Origin: a virus
Taxonomy: Duplodnaviria; Caudoviricetes
Virus record (IMG/VR): IMGVR_UViG_3300002137_000145
Span: 2,966 to 66,965 of that record
Length of the DNA stretch: 64,000 nt
Strand: one strand, 5' to 3'
How positions within the stretch are numbered: the stretch's first letter is position 1; every line of letters starts with the position of its first letter. Position numbers and translations under genes: made by a program. The notes beneath the pieces are model-generated. The model saw nothing but the letters and a program-made list of their open reading frames with translations. It made no database searches and was not told the origin of the DNA. Below are positions 10,007 through 18,539 of the stretch, piece by piece.

Positions 10007-10119
10007 GTGGCCGTGAGTGGAATAGGCAGACCTCCCGCTAGTCCCATAGACTAGATTGGGGATGGAGCAATGAGTATAACTCGCAGCTTTTGTAGGTTCG
10101 AACCCTACCGGCCATACCA
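10007..10119 (+). tRNA. atypical tRNA-like RNA (Leu-type body, elongated non-canonical anticodon arm, encoded CCA)
   Basis: Acceptor stem GTGGCCG/CGGCCAT plus A-CCA; T-arm GTAGG-TTCGAAC-CCTAC; D-loop-like GGAATAGGCAGAC; 113 nt. Confidence 0.75.
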
Positions 10120-10144
10120 TTTTTTTATTAAAGGAAAAAAAAAT

Positions 10145-10336
10145 ATGTCAACTACAGCAGAACAGTTAAAAACACATTTCGAAGAATTTCTTGCAGAAGA
10201 TGCAAAGTTTACAGCAGGTAATAGTGCTGCAGGAACTCGTGCTCGTAAAGCACTTGCTGAAATGGCTAAAGCTGTCAAAGCACGCCGCAACGAAATTACA
10301 GCAGAGAAGAACGCACGTAAAGAAGCCAAGGCCTAA
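10145..10336 (+). CDS. histone H1-like nucleoid protein, Hc1 family
   Basis: GNSAAGTRARKAL motif; small and basic; SD AAGGA upstream of ATG 10145. Confidence 0.75.
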   Translation: MSTTAEQLKTHFEEFLAEDAKFTAGNSAAGTRARKALAEMAKAVKARRNEITAEKNARKEAKA

Positions 10337-10337
10337 T

Positions 10338-10775
10338 ATGAAAGACCAAGACGACACCTTCGATCTTGGTAATTGCAGTGCCGATGACTTTTCAGCTATT
10401 ACGAGTATCGGCACTGCTACTATTACCTTAGATCCATCGCTGTGGAACAGTGATAATCTTACCATTGCTAGTGGTGCGGGTACAGCTTATAATTGGAATC
10501 AACCGTACACTACAGACTATGCGTTTACTACTAATCAAAATACAGTTAGTATTGACACAGGAGGTCTTACCATGGCTCCTGGTACTGATATTACTGTAGG
10601 TGGCAAGAGCCTAACCAAAGCTATTGAAAAGATTGAGGAACGTCTTGGTATTTTGAATCCGAATCCGGATCTAGAAGACCGTTGGGAACAACTAAAAGAA
10701 CTTCGTAGGCAGTATATGGCTATGGAAAACGATATTCTCGAGAAAGAGAAAATCATGAATATTTTAAAAGGATAA
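10338..10775 (+). CDS. hypothetical phage protein with C-terminal coiled coil
   Basis: Start MKDQDD right after the Hc1 stop; IEERLGILNPNPDLE. Confidence 0.65.
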   Translation: MKDQDDTFDLGNCSADDFSAITSIGTATITLDPSLWNSDNLTIASGAGTAYNWNQPYTTDYAFTTNQNTVSIDTGGLTMAPGTDITVGGKSLTKAIEKIEERLGILNPNPDLEDRWEQLKELRRQYMAMENDILEKEKIMNILKG

Positions 10776-10777
10776 CA

Positions 10778-11488
10778 ATGAGAGTACGTATTGTAGGCTA
10801 CACAGTAGCAGATCCAGAGTTTGTAGCAGACTGTAAAGCAGAAGCACTGGCCAAGGGTAAGACAGAACCAGAGTTTGCAGATATCCAGGATTTGATTGCG
10901 TTCTGTGCAAGGGTGAGTAATCCTGCTAACCAAATGAATGAAGAAACCAGTGCTAAACTTATCAAGTATTTGATCAAGCACAGTCACTGGAGCCCGCTTG
11001 AAATGGTTAATGCCACACTTGAGATTGACACTACTCGTGACATTGCACATCAGATTGTGCGTCACCGTAGTTTTGCCTTCCAAGAGTTTAGTCAGCGTTA
11101 TGCTAATCCAGAAGACATGGGCGATATGTTTGAGTATTCGGAAGCACGACTGCAGGATGAAAAGAATCGCCAGAACTCAATCGAAACTGAAGACCGTCAG
11201 TTGGCTACAGATTGGCTTCATGCACAGATGCGAGTAGCACATACCTGCAAGAAGGAATATGATTGGGCTATCAGCAAGGGCATTGCCAAGGAACAGGCAC
11301 GTAAAGTTTTGCCAGAAGGTATTACAAAAACTCGATTGTATATGCAAGGTAGTTTGCGCAGCTGGTTGCACTATATCGAATTACGTAGTGAAAATGGTAC
11401 ACAGAAAGAACACATGGCTATTGCGGTTGCCTGTGCAGAAATTATTGCTAAAATCTTTCCGCTAATGAATGAACTAAAGGATATCTAA
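10778..11488 (+). CDS. thyX: flavin-dependent thymidylate synthase
   Basis: HWSPLE, RHRSFAFQEFSQRY, AKEQARKVLP, LRSENGTQKEH. Confidence 0.95.
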   Translation: MRVRIVGYTVADPEFVADCKAEALAKGKTEPEFADIQDLIAFCARVSNPANQMNEETSAKLIKYLIKHSHWSPLEMVNATLEIDTTRDIAHQIVRHRSFAFQEFSQRYANPEDMGDMFEYSEARLQDEKNRQNSIETEDRQLATDWLHAQMRVAHTCKKEYDWAISKGIAKEQARKVLPEGITKTRLYMQGSLRSWLHYIELRSENGTQKEHMAIAVACAEIIAKIFPLMNELKDI

Positions 11489-12160
11489 ATGTACGCAGCA
11501 ACTTATAAATCAACTGATCAAATTATCAGTGCAATGAATCGTGTGTATGGACACATGTCGTTGGCAGTCATTACATCAATGATTGTTAGTTATTTTGTAG
11601 GAACTAGTCCTGAACTCCTACAGTTCTTTTTTACAGGAGCGATGAAATGGATTGTTATTTTTGCTCCACTTGTTGCTATCCTAGGTATGAGTTTTGCTGC
11701 AAGTAGTTTTAGCAAAAGCGGATTGCAGATATTCCTGCAGGTGTTTGCTGCTCTAATGGGATTGAGCTTTGCTACAATCTTTGCAGTCTATACTATGGGC
11801 AGTATCTTTACAGCCTTTATGGGTGCAGGAGTGTTGTTTGGCACTATGAGCTTGTATGGGTATTTTACTAAGAAAGACCTAACGTCAATGGGTCAACTGA
11901 TGTTTGTAGGATTGATTGCAATTATTATTGCAAGCGTAGTTAACATCTTTATTGGCAGTACAGTAATGCAGATGGTTATCAGTGCTATTGCTATTATTGT
12001 GTTCTTGGGATTAACTGCATACGACACACAAAAGATCCGCGAAATTGTAAGTGTTGGCGGCGACACAGGTCGAGAAGAAGTAATGGGTGCTCTAACACTG
12101 TACCTAGACTTTATCAACTTGTTCATTCACTTGCTACAACTATTTGGAAATCGTAAGTGA
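11489..12160 (+). CDS. Bax inhibitor-1/YccA family membrane protein
   Basis: About 7 TM helices; AYDTQKI and ALTLYLDFINLF. Confidence 0.9.
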   Translation: MYAATYKSTDQIISAMNRVYGHMSLAVITSMIVSYFVGTSPELLQFFFTGAMKWIVIFAPLVAILGMSFAASSFSKSGLQIFLQVFAALMGLSFATIFAVYTMGSIFTAFMGAGVLFGTMSLYGYFTKKDLTSMGQLMFVGLIAIIIASVVNIFIGSTVMQMVISAIAIIVFLGLTAYDTQKIREIVSVGGDTGREEVMGALTLYLDFINLFIHLLQLFGNRK

Positions 12161-12540
12161 AAGAAAAAGACAACAAGTTCTGTGAGAATTACGAAGTACG
12201 CATTCTCAATGACCAAAAGAGAAGGGCAAGGTATCATCGGCCCTTCTACTTTACCGAGCCAGATAATGCTTCTATTATAAGAGACCAAGAAGTTCAGTTT
12301 GAAACTGAAGCAGTTCTTACTGTTGAAATTCCGGAAGGAAGATTCCGTTCTTTGATAGAAATGGAAGATCGATTCTTTAATCGTCAGCGTCACGAGCAGT
12401 ATCAAGTTGGTATGTTTGATATGCTGATGGAAAAAGAGCGAGAAGAAGCATATATTAGACACACAAATGCAGCAGCGCAAAAAGCATACGAACAGTACAG
12501 CATGATGTTGCATCTAGCAGGATACACCAAAAAACTATGA
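12157..12540 (+). CDS. hypothetical phage protein
   Basis: ORF coupled to its neighbours by 4-bp overlaps. Confidence 0.7.
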   Translation: MKEKDNKFCENYEVRILNDQKRRARYHRPFYFTEPDNASIIRDQEVQFETEAVLTVEIPEGRFRSLIEMEDRFFNRQRHEQYQVGMFDMLMEKEREEAYIRHTNAAAQKAYEQYSMMLHLAGYTKKL

Positions 12541-13199
12541 ACACTGCAATTGTTATACCCGCACGTTTGGCCAGCTCACGATTTCCCAACAAGATGTTGT
12601 GCGATGTTGGAGGCAAAACATTAATTAGACATGTTTACGACCAGTGTCTTACCACAGGTTATGATGTATACGTTGCCACTGACAGCGAAGAAATTGCAAG
12701 TCAAGTTGAAAACGCTATTATTGTTCCAGATGCTGAAAACGGAACTGAACGCATTGCCTTTATGGTAGACCAGATTCCGCAGTACAAGGCCATTATTAAT
12801 GTGCAAGGTGACATGGTTCGTGTGCCAGTAGAGGATTTGCCCAAGCTGACAAAGCTGTTAGAAAAGTATCATGTTGCTACTCTCAAGCATCCTATGAAGG
12901 CAGAGCAACAACTAGATCCAAACACTGTAAAAATTATCAGCACATCACATCAAGCACACTGGTTTTGTCGAGCTGCATTGCCCTATGGTGATTGGCATTA
13001 TGGCATCTATGGATACCATCCTGCATTGCTAAAGAATTATCCAACTATGAACAAGCATCCCGAAGAAGATATTGAAAGTCTTGAACAACTACGTTGGTTG
13101 CAAAATGGCTATACTATTGGTGTGGCTGAAGCAGGGCTAGCTGCTGAAATTAACACTCCAGAAGATTTAGAGAATTATCTTAATTCCCAAAGGAAATAA
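12537..13199 (+). CDS. kdsB: 3-deoxy-manno-octulosonate cytidylyltransferase (CMP-Kdo synthetase)
   Basis: IPARLASSRFPNKML, VATD, GTER, INVQGD, ESLEQLRWL, INTPED. Confidence 0.9.
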   Translation: MNTAIVIPARLASSRFPNKMLCDVGGKTLIRHVYDQCLTTGYDVYVATDSEEIASQVENAIIVPDAENGTERIAFMVDQIPQYKAIINVQGDMVRVPVEDLPKLTKLLEKYHVATLKHPMKAEQQLDPNTVKIISTSHQAHWFCRAALPYGDWHYGIYGYHPALLKNYPTMNKHPEEDIESLEQLRWLQNGYTIGVAEAGLAAEINTPEDLENYLNSQRK

Positions 13200-13200
13200 T

Positions 13201-13554
13201 ATGACAGCCTCACAAATACAAGTTGCAACAATAGGATGGATTGTGCTAACGGGCATTGTCTACAGTCATTCAGGGTGGCGAGAAATTACCAACTGCTACA
13301 AAATGTGGCTTACTAAAGAGTATTGGACAAACTATAATATTATCGAAGCGGTGAGTTGGATTGCAAAGGCCATTATCATCGTTCCGGGCCTAGTTTATGG
13401 TATTCATATTTGGCAATTATATATCGTAGCATTATTTACAAGCATGGCTCTTATTTGGGTTAGCAATAAAAAGCTGCTACCTACTCTTGTTGGATTTAAT
13501 ACACTTTGGATATGGTTAAGTATGATGGTTATATCACAAAATATAGTATCATGA
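13201..13554 (+). CDS. small multi-pass membrane protein
   Basis: Four hydrophobic segments; SD AAGGA upstream. Confidence 0.7.
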   Translation: MTASQIQVATIGWIVLTGIVYSHSGWREITNCYKMWLTKEYWTNYNIIEAVSWIAKAIIIVPGLVYGIHIWQLYIVALFTSMALIWVSNKKLLPTLVGFNTLWIWLSMMVISQNIVS

Positions 13555-13718
13555 AACAGCTTCTTTCACATATTTGTTATTTTTTGGGAGACATGATCTC
13601 CAAACTGCTCTATTGGGACTTGCTCTCTTGGGTATATCCAGTGTATAATAAGTTAATGATATGGAGCAGTGACTTAGACGAAAAAGGTGAGATATGGAAG
13701 AAAGCAGATACGGAGTAA
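13551..13718 (+). CDS. small hypothetical protein
   Basis: ATG 13551 overlaps the previous stop (ATGA). Confidence 0.55.
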   Translation: MKQLLSHICYFLGDMISKLLYWDLLSWVYPVYNKLMIWSSDLDEKGEIWKKADTE

Positions 13719-13888
13719 AAATTCATCTAGCTCATTCAGACTGGATCTGGGTGACTGAAAATATTGGCAGGTGTATGGACTTAATTCCTGTACTTTTTGA
13801 TAGTTATGAAGAAGCAGAGGTATTTGCTAATATCTGGCGACTAGCTGGTGCAGAAGGTAATGTAAAGGTAGAATTATATGCGAGTTAA
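13694..13888 (+). CDS. hypothetical protein
   Basis: AAGGTGA SD; fits gene packing. Confidence 0.6.
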   Translation: MEESRYGVKIHLAHSDWIWVTENIGRCMDLIPVLFDSYEEAEVFANIWRLAGAEGNVKVELYAS

Positions 13889-14597
13889 AATTGATGGTTA
13901 TAAAAACTGGTTTGGTCCCTACCAACTAGCTAAACTGCTGTGCTTCTGGGCTAAACCTGTCAAGAGCGAGTACGACTTCGAAAGTGAGCCGCAGTGGGTT
14001 CACAACTTTGGAGAATGGCTTGCCCACGGTAGTGTAGAGCCTGAACCTAAAGTAGGTGAAATTTCCTCGTGGGATCGCGAGCGTCACGACACATTGTTGA
14101 GCCGTTTCCTAACTTGGATCCACAGCAAACAAAAGCGTACTATTAAGGTACAGATTGATCGCTGGGACACTTGGAGTATGGATCATACTCTTGGCTACAT
14201 CGTGTTGCCTATGCTCAAACAGCTAAAAGCTACCAAACACGGTTCTCCCTTTGTAGATGACAAGGACGTTCCTGCAGAACTGCGTAGCACTGCTGCACCA
14301 CCAAAAGAGAACGATTATGATACAGATGAGAATCACTTCAAGCGTTGGGACTGGGTTCTTGATGAAATGATATTTGCGTTTGAAACCAAAGCAGGTAGCC
14401 TTGAAGATTGGGAAGATCAGTTCCACACTGGTGAACACGATATTCAGTGGAAGAAACTTGAAGGCGGCAACAGCGAAATGATTCGCGGACCGAACGATAC
14501 TAGTAAGTACGATATGAAAGGGCGTAAAGCCTATCAGAAACGTATTTCAAACGGCTTTAGACTATTTGGGAAATATTTTGAGAGCTTGTGGGATTAG
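13878..14597 (+). CDS. conserved hypothetical phage protein
   Basis: WDTWSMDHTL, RWDWVLDEMIFAF, GFRLFGKYFESLWD. Confidence 0.8.
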   Translation: MRVKIDGYKNWFGPYQLAKLLCFWAKPVKSEYDFESEPQWVHNFGEWLAHGSVEPEPKVGEISSWDRERHDTLLSRFLTWIHSKQKRTIKVQIDRWDTWSMDHTLGYIVLPMLKQLKATKHGSPFVDDKDVPAELRSTAAPPKENDYDTDENHFKRWDWVLDEMIFAFETKAGSLEDWEDQFHTGEHDIQWKKLEGGNSEMIRGPNDTSKYDMKGRKAYQKRISNGFRLFGKYFESLWD

Positions 14598-14626
14598 CTT
14601 GCATACACTATTGTTGATATTCTAAA

Positions 14627-14878
14627 ATGATAGAAAAGAAGTTTGCTCTGTTTCCAACTCGTATGACAAGTGGTAGGTTAGTGTGGCTAAAACACTACAA
14701 CTTACATCGCAGTTTGTATGACGAGTCGACAGGCAAGCCTCCTATAAATTCTATGTATTTTGAATTTACAGAAACAGAAGCTGAGGCAACTTGGCGGATA
14801 TTAAAAGAAAGTGTTGTACATAATAGAAATATTTGGAACACTCACGAGTTAACAAAAAGAGACAGTAATCGTGGCTAG
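14627..14878 (+). CDS. hypothetical protein
   Basis: ORF with KKFALFP...VWLKHY motif. Confidence 0.6.
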   Translation: MIEKKFALFPTRMTSGRLVWLKHYNLHRSLYDESTGKPPINSMYFEFTETEAEATWRILKESVVHNRNIWNTHELTKRDSNRG

Positions 14879-15554
14879 AATTATAACCTTCGGTTGTTCT
14901 TTTACGTATGGTCAAGGGTTGCCTGATTGTGATCCTGCATACACTTTTAGGAACACGCTGTTAACTAATACTGCTAACCCTAGCAAGTTTGGTTGGGCCA
15001 CGCTGCTAGGAGAAAAACTAGGACTAGAAGTGGTGAACCTGGGCGAACCGGGCATAAGCAATACAGAAATATTGTACAACTTATTAGAGTTTAGATATCA
15101 GCCCAATGACATTGTGATTGTTATGTGGAGCAATTATCCAAGAGATATTATGTTTACTAAAGGATTTGTATCTAAGAATACTAATACAAGATTTAGTAAT
15201 CTAAAAAGAGGATTCTTTAACAAGCGGCTGGCAATTTGGGCAAAAGGCAAAGATAATAAGCAATGGATTAAGTATATGAGCGAACACGACTACTGTGTTA
15301 AAACACAGATGCACATGCATCATGCTGATTTATTTTTTAGAAGTTTAGATGTTAGCTATATTCACTATCCGTGTTCACCACACGAACTAGAAGAAGTATC
15401 ATTAGAATTCTTACCTGTTCACAATGCTTGCTATGATGGATTATTTTGGGTAGATATCACTCCAGACGGTCATCACGGAATCGAATCAAACAAACTTGTA
15501 GCAGATAACATTATTAACTTTTTAAAAGAGAGGAAAATATATGACACCATTTAG
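14871..15554 (+). CDS. SGNH/GDSL hydrolase-like protein
   Basis: FGCSFTYG (block I), NLGEPGISN (block II), DGHH (DxxH). Confidence 0.7.
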   Translation: MARIITFGCSFTYGQGLPDCDPAYTFRNTLLTNTANPSKFGWATLLGEKLGLEVVNLGEPGISNTEILYNLLEFRYQPNDIVIVMWSNYPRDIMFTKGFVSKNTNTRFSNLKRGFFNKRLAIWAKGKDNKQWIKYMSEHDYCVKTQMHMHHADLFFRSLDVSYIHYPCSPHELEEVSLEFLPVHNACYDGLFWVDITPDGHHGIESNKLVADNIINFLKERKIYDTI

Positions 15555-15702
15555 AAACTGGATACACAATCTCTGGATTGACAACTGCGAAGAACATAAT
15601 GTGTTCGGCGAAAAAAAATACACCGAAGCGGAATATTTCCAAAAGTATAAATGGTGGCTGCGAAGAGAATACAAATTTCAAAAACAAAGGAATACTAAAT
15701 GA
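15541..15702 (+). CDS. small hypothetical protein (53 aa, not in the ORF track)
   Basis: MTPFRNWIHNLWIDNCEEH...YFQKYKWWLRREY; SD GAGG upstream; stop overlaps the next ATG. Confidence 0.65.
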   Translation: MTPFRNWIHNLWIDNCEEHNVFGEKKYTEAEYFQKYKWWLRREYKFQKQRNTK

Positions 15703-15947
15703 TTAACGAACAAGGTGAACCAGTAGATTCTATCAGCGAACTCTATCAAGAGTATTGGGCGTTCCACGCTAAGATGATTGGGTTAGAACATAATCCGTTA
15801 GAAATTGCGGCCATCCTAATGGCGCAGTCATTGAGCATGTACAAGACTATACTCGATAAGGAAGACTACGACAAGATTGTTGACAATATGTCAGAGCTTC
15901 GAGATAAAGTTAAACCCCTAGATGAAAACGATCAATATTATCACTAA
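15699..15947 (+). CDS. hypothetical protein
   Basis: ORF with SD AAGGA. Confidence 0.7.
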   Translation: MINEQGEPVDSISELYQEYWAFHAKMIGLEHNPLEIAAILMAQSLSMYKTILDKEDYDKIVDNMSELRDKVKPLDENDQYYH

Positions 15948-15956
15948 GGAAATATA

Positions 15957-16877
15957 ATGACAACTGAACAAGAAAAACAAGAACTTATTGAGATTCTTAA
16001 ATTTACTCCACGCACTTACACAGTTCATCTATGGGGATACGGCGGCGAATGGACTATGGGCACAGTAAGTCGTGAAATTTATGATTACTTTAAACGGCAC
16101 CGTTTAGATCTAAACGAGTACGCATGGGATAGTGATTATGCCGAAGCGCATGACATTCCAGAAGATATGCAACCATTCCCATCGGGCAGTTGGTATGACT
16201 GTGATGATATTTGTCACGAAAGCGGTGTTGATCGCAGTGCAGGCACACTTCAAATCATAGACGAGAATGGTGAAACTGTATACCAACGCTCAATGGATGA
16301 TATCAACGGTTGCGAAGCCGGCGACCCGGAGTTTGAAGGTGATGGTGAATACTCGATTGACGAGCAAGACGCAGGCACTGTAGTATTCATTGGTACCAGC
16401 AGTGAAAAAGGCACATTCTTTGAAGGCGCTTTGGATCTTACTGCTCCTTTCGATATTACCAAATTAAAATTAAGCTATAATGAAATCGACGGTAATGAAA
16501 TCATTGCAGGTGTAGTCTACGACGGCGAAGACATCGAAGGACACGACGGCTACTCTACTACTGGCAAGAGCAGCGACTTTGGTTTCTACATTGCTGGATC
16601 ACAGAAAAACGGCAAGTGGGAACGCTATAAGGACAAAGACGACATCGAGTACACTCTAACAGAGTGGTTTCCATCTACGGTTGACCCTGTAAGAGAAGGC
16701 ATGTATAATGTAGAGACAGTAGAGGAAAGAAAATATCAAGCTATGTGGAATGGCCAGTTTTGGCATAACGATTGGAACGATGAAAAGCTCGAAATCAAAC
16801 AGTGGCAGGGTATCGACCATGATCCCGATGCTGACTTAGATAACGTTGATACCACTGCCGGTAGTTGGCCTTTTTAA
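15957..16877 (+). CDS. acidic hypothetical protein
   Basis: 306-aa ORF with SD AAGGA; small C-terminal TEWFP..PVREGMY domain. Confidence 0.75.
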   Translation: MTTEQEKQELIEILKFTPRTYTVHLWGYGGEWTMGTVSREIYDYFKRHRLDLNEYAWDSDYAEAHDIPEDMQPFPSGSWYDCDDICHESGVDRSAGTLQIIDENGETVYQRSMDDINGCEAGDPEFEGDGEYSIDEQDAGTVVFIGTSSEKGTFFEGALDLTAPFDITKLKLSYNEIDGNEIIAGVVYDGEDIEGHDGYSTTGKSSDFGFYIAGSQKNGKWERYKDKDDIEYTLTEWFPSTVDPVREGMYNVETVEERKYQAMWNGQFWHNDWNDEKLEIKQWQGIDHDPDADLDNVDTTAGSWPF

Positions 16878-16919
16878 ACACATTTAGATAACTATATTTT
16901 TAGGAGACAGGAAATTAAC

Positions 16920-17114
16920 ATGAACTTCGAACTATATGAAGTTTGGGCGGAAGATGAAGACGGCCATACAGAAGTACAAGATACAACTGCTAGTAGAAAA
17001 CAAGCATTTGAAATAGCAGAATCGCTGCTAGGGCAAGGCTATTTGTTTGCAACAGTGTTTCAAGAAACTGAAGATGGTGATTTAAAAGAGATACAGCGTT
17101 TTGAACACGGTTGA
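16920..17114 (+). CDS. small acidic hypothetical protein
   Basis: ORF with SD AGGA. Confidence 0.65.
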   Translation: MNFELYEVWAEDEDGHTEVQDTTASRKQAFEIAESLLGQGYLFATVFQETEDGDLKEIQRFEHG

Positions 17115-17139
17115 CAAACATCTCTTATGGTGTTATAAT
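17111..17139 (+). promoter_or_regulatory. consensus sigma70 promoter (early/middle)
   Basis: TTGACA-17 bp-TATAAT with TG extension. Confidence 0.85.
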
Positions 17140-17171
17140 AGCTGTATTAGACAAACGCACAGGAGTGAAAC

Positions 17172-18473
17172 ATGGCAAAATCAGTAGGTATTAAAGTTCC
17201 AAAGAAGAAGGCACGTATTGCGCCCACAGTTAAGCGCGGCGCAAAGATAATTGGGCCAGCTTGGGCTGGCTGCGAATCTTGGAGTGGTGCAGAGTATCAT
17301 CGCTTCCAGCGAAATTCAAAATCCTTTTACTACGACAACTACAAAACTGCTGATCTAGAACCAGAGTGCTGGGCATGGATGAAAGAAAACGGGTATACCG
17401 CTGAACAGATTCGCGGTGCTAAAGCAGCCAAAGGTGCAAGTTCTGTTAACGTAAACACTGCCATCCTGTGCAAAATGTTGCGCTCAGGTATGATGGATTA
17501 TAATCCAAAACAAGATGCTTACTGGCAAGAACTTCCTGGCACACAAGGTGCTATGAAGCCAATATCTGAGCATCTTAATAAAGTACTGGCAAGGACTGTC
17601 GAAGACGGTGCTAAAGAACTTGCTAAAAATAAAGTAGAAGAGAAGGCGGCGAGCGGTGTATATGTTCCTACTATCCAAGAACGTATTACATCACAGGCAC
17701 AAGCTGCTGCTGAAGAAATTGACGAGTGGTTAGAAGGCTTTATCACTGACAAGAAAGGGTTTGATCCGAAAGGCTTTAACTTTAAAGGTCACTTCAGCAA
17801 CAAGGGTGTCACACAAGCACATGCTCGTAAATTGGTTAAGTTTTACGAAAATGAACTTGCAGAGTTTTTAGAAATTCAAAACCCTCCAACTGCTGCTCAA
17901 CTCAAAAAAATGTCCGAAAAAGAACAGGACATGGTAGAGCAGTTAAAAGAAGGCTACAAGCACTTAACTAAAGCAGACGTCACAAAGTACATCACTGCGC
18001 TAGAGTCGCTTGTAGGCGCTTGTAATTACGTTGTAGACGCCAGTAAAGCTACACGCAAGCCACGTGTTCCTAAAGCCAAGAGTGCTGATAAACTAATTGA
18101 AAAGCTGAAGTATCTTAAACTGGATGACAAACTCAAACTTGCCAGTGTTAATCCTATAGAGATTGTAGGCGCTGCTGAACTTTGGATCTTTAACATCAAG
18201 ACTCGTAAGATTGGCAAGTATGTTGCAGCTAATATCGATCCTACAGGGCAAGGTCGAAACGGCAGTGGCTTACAGGTTAAAGGTACAACGATTACAGGGT
18301 TTGATGAAGAACTCAGCGTACAAAAGACACTGCGTAAACCGGAAGAACAGCTCAAAGAGTTTAAAGCGGCTGGTAAAGTAGCGTTGCGCAAGTTCTTAGA
18401 TGATATCAAAGCTGTTGATATCAAGCTAAACGGGCGTATTAATATAGATACCATCCTGCTCAAAGTACAATAA
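17172..18473 (+). CDS. conserved hypothetical basic phage protein
   Basis: 433-aa ORF with strong SD AGGAG; IVGAAELWIFN...KTLRKPEE...LNGRIN C-terminus. Confidence 0.8.
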   Translation: MAKSVGIKVPKKKARIAPTVKRGAKIIGPAWAGCESWSGAEYHRFQRNSKSFYYDNYKTADLEPECWAWMKENGYTAEQIRGAKAAKGASSVNVNTAILCKMLRSGMMDYNPKQDAYWQELPGTQGAMKPISEHLNKVLARTVEDGAKELAKNKVEEKAASGVYVPTIQERITSQAQAAAEEIDEWLEGFITDKKGFDPKGFNFKGHFSNKGVTQAHARKLVKFYENELAEFLEIQNPPTAAQLKKMSEKEQDMVEQLKEGYKHLTKADVTKYITALESLVGACNYVVDASKATRKPRVPKAKSADKLIEKLKYLKLDDKLKLASVNPIEIVGAAELWIFNIKTRKIGKYVAANIDPTGQGRNGSGLQVKGTTITGFDEELSVQKTLRKPEEQLKEFKAAGKVALRKFLDDIKAVDIKLNGRINIDTILLKVQ

Positions 18474-18491
18474 ATAGTAGTGCAACCTAGC

Positions 18492-18516
18492 AAAAGCGGA
18501 CTTAGGTCCGCTTTTT
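18492..18516 (+). terminator. intrinsic terminator, possibly bidirectional
   Basis: AAAAGCGGAC-TTAG-GTCCGCTTTTT. Confidence 0.85.
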
Positions 18517-18526
18517 AATTGGCGGA

Positions 18527-18532
18527 TAAATA
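18527..18532 (+). promoter_or_regulatory. late promoter core TAAATA
   Basis: GGATAAATA, 7 nt upstream of ATG 18540. Confidence 0.65.
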
Positions 18533-18539
18533 CATTACT

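Noticed and set aside
10007-10119. tmRNA or tRNA-Sec interpretation of the tRNA-like element
   Set aside because: It lacks the G3-U70 alanine identity pair and a tag ORF, is far too short for tmRNA, and has no UCA anticodon or 8-bp acceptor stem.
10070-10144. N-terminal extension of ORF 10070..10336, and likewise the upstream part of 10191..10775
   Set aside because: These overlap the tRNA-like RNA or the Hc1 gene; better starts exist at 10145 (with SD) and 10338.
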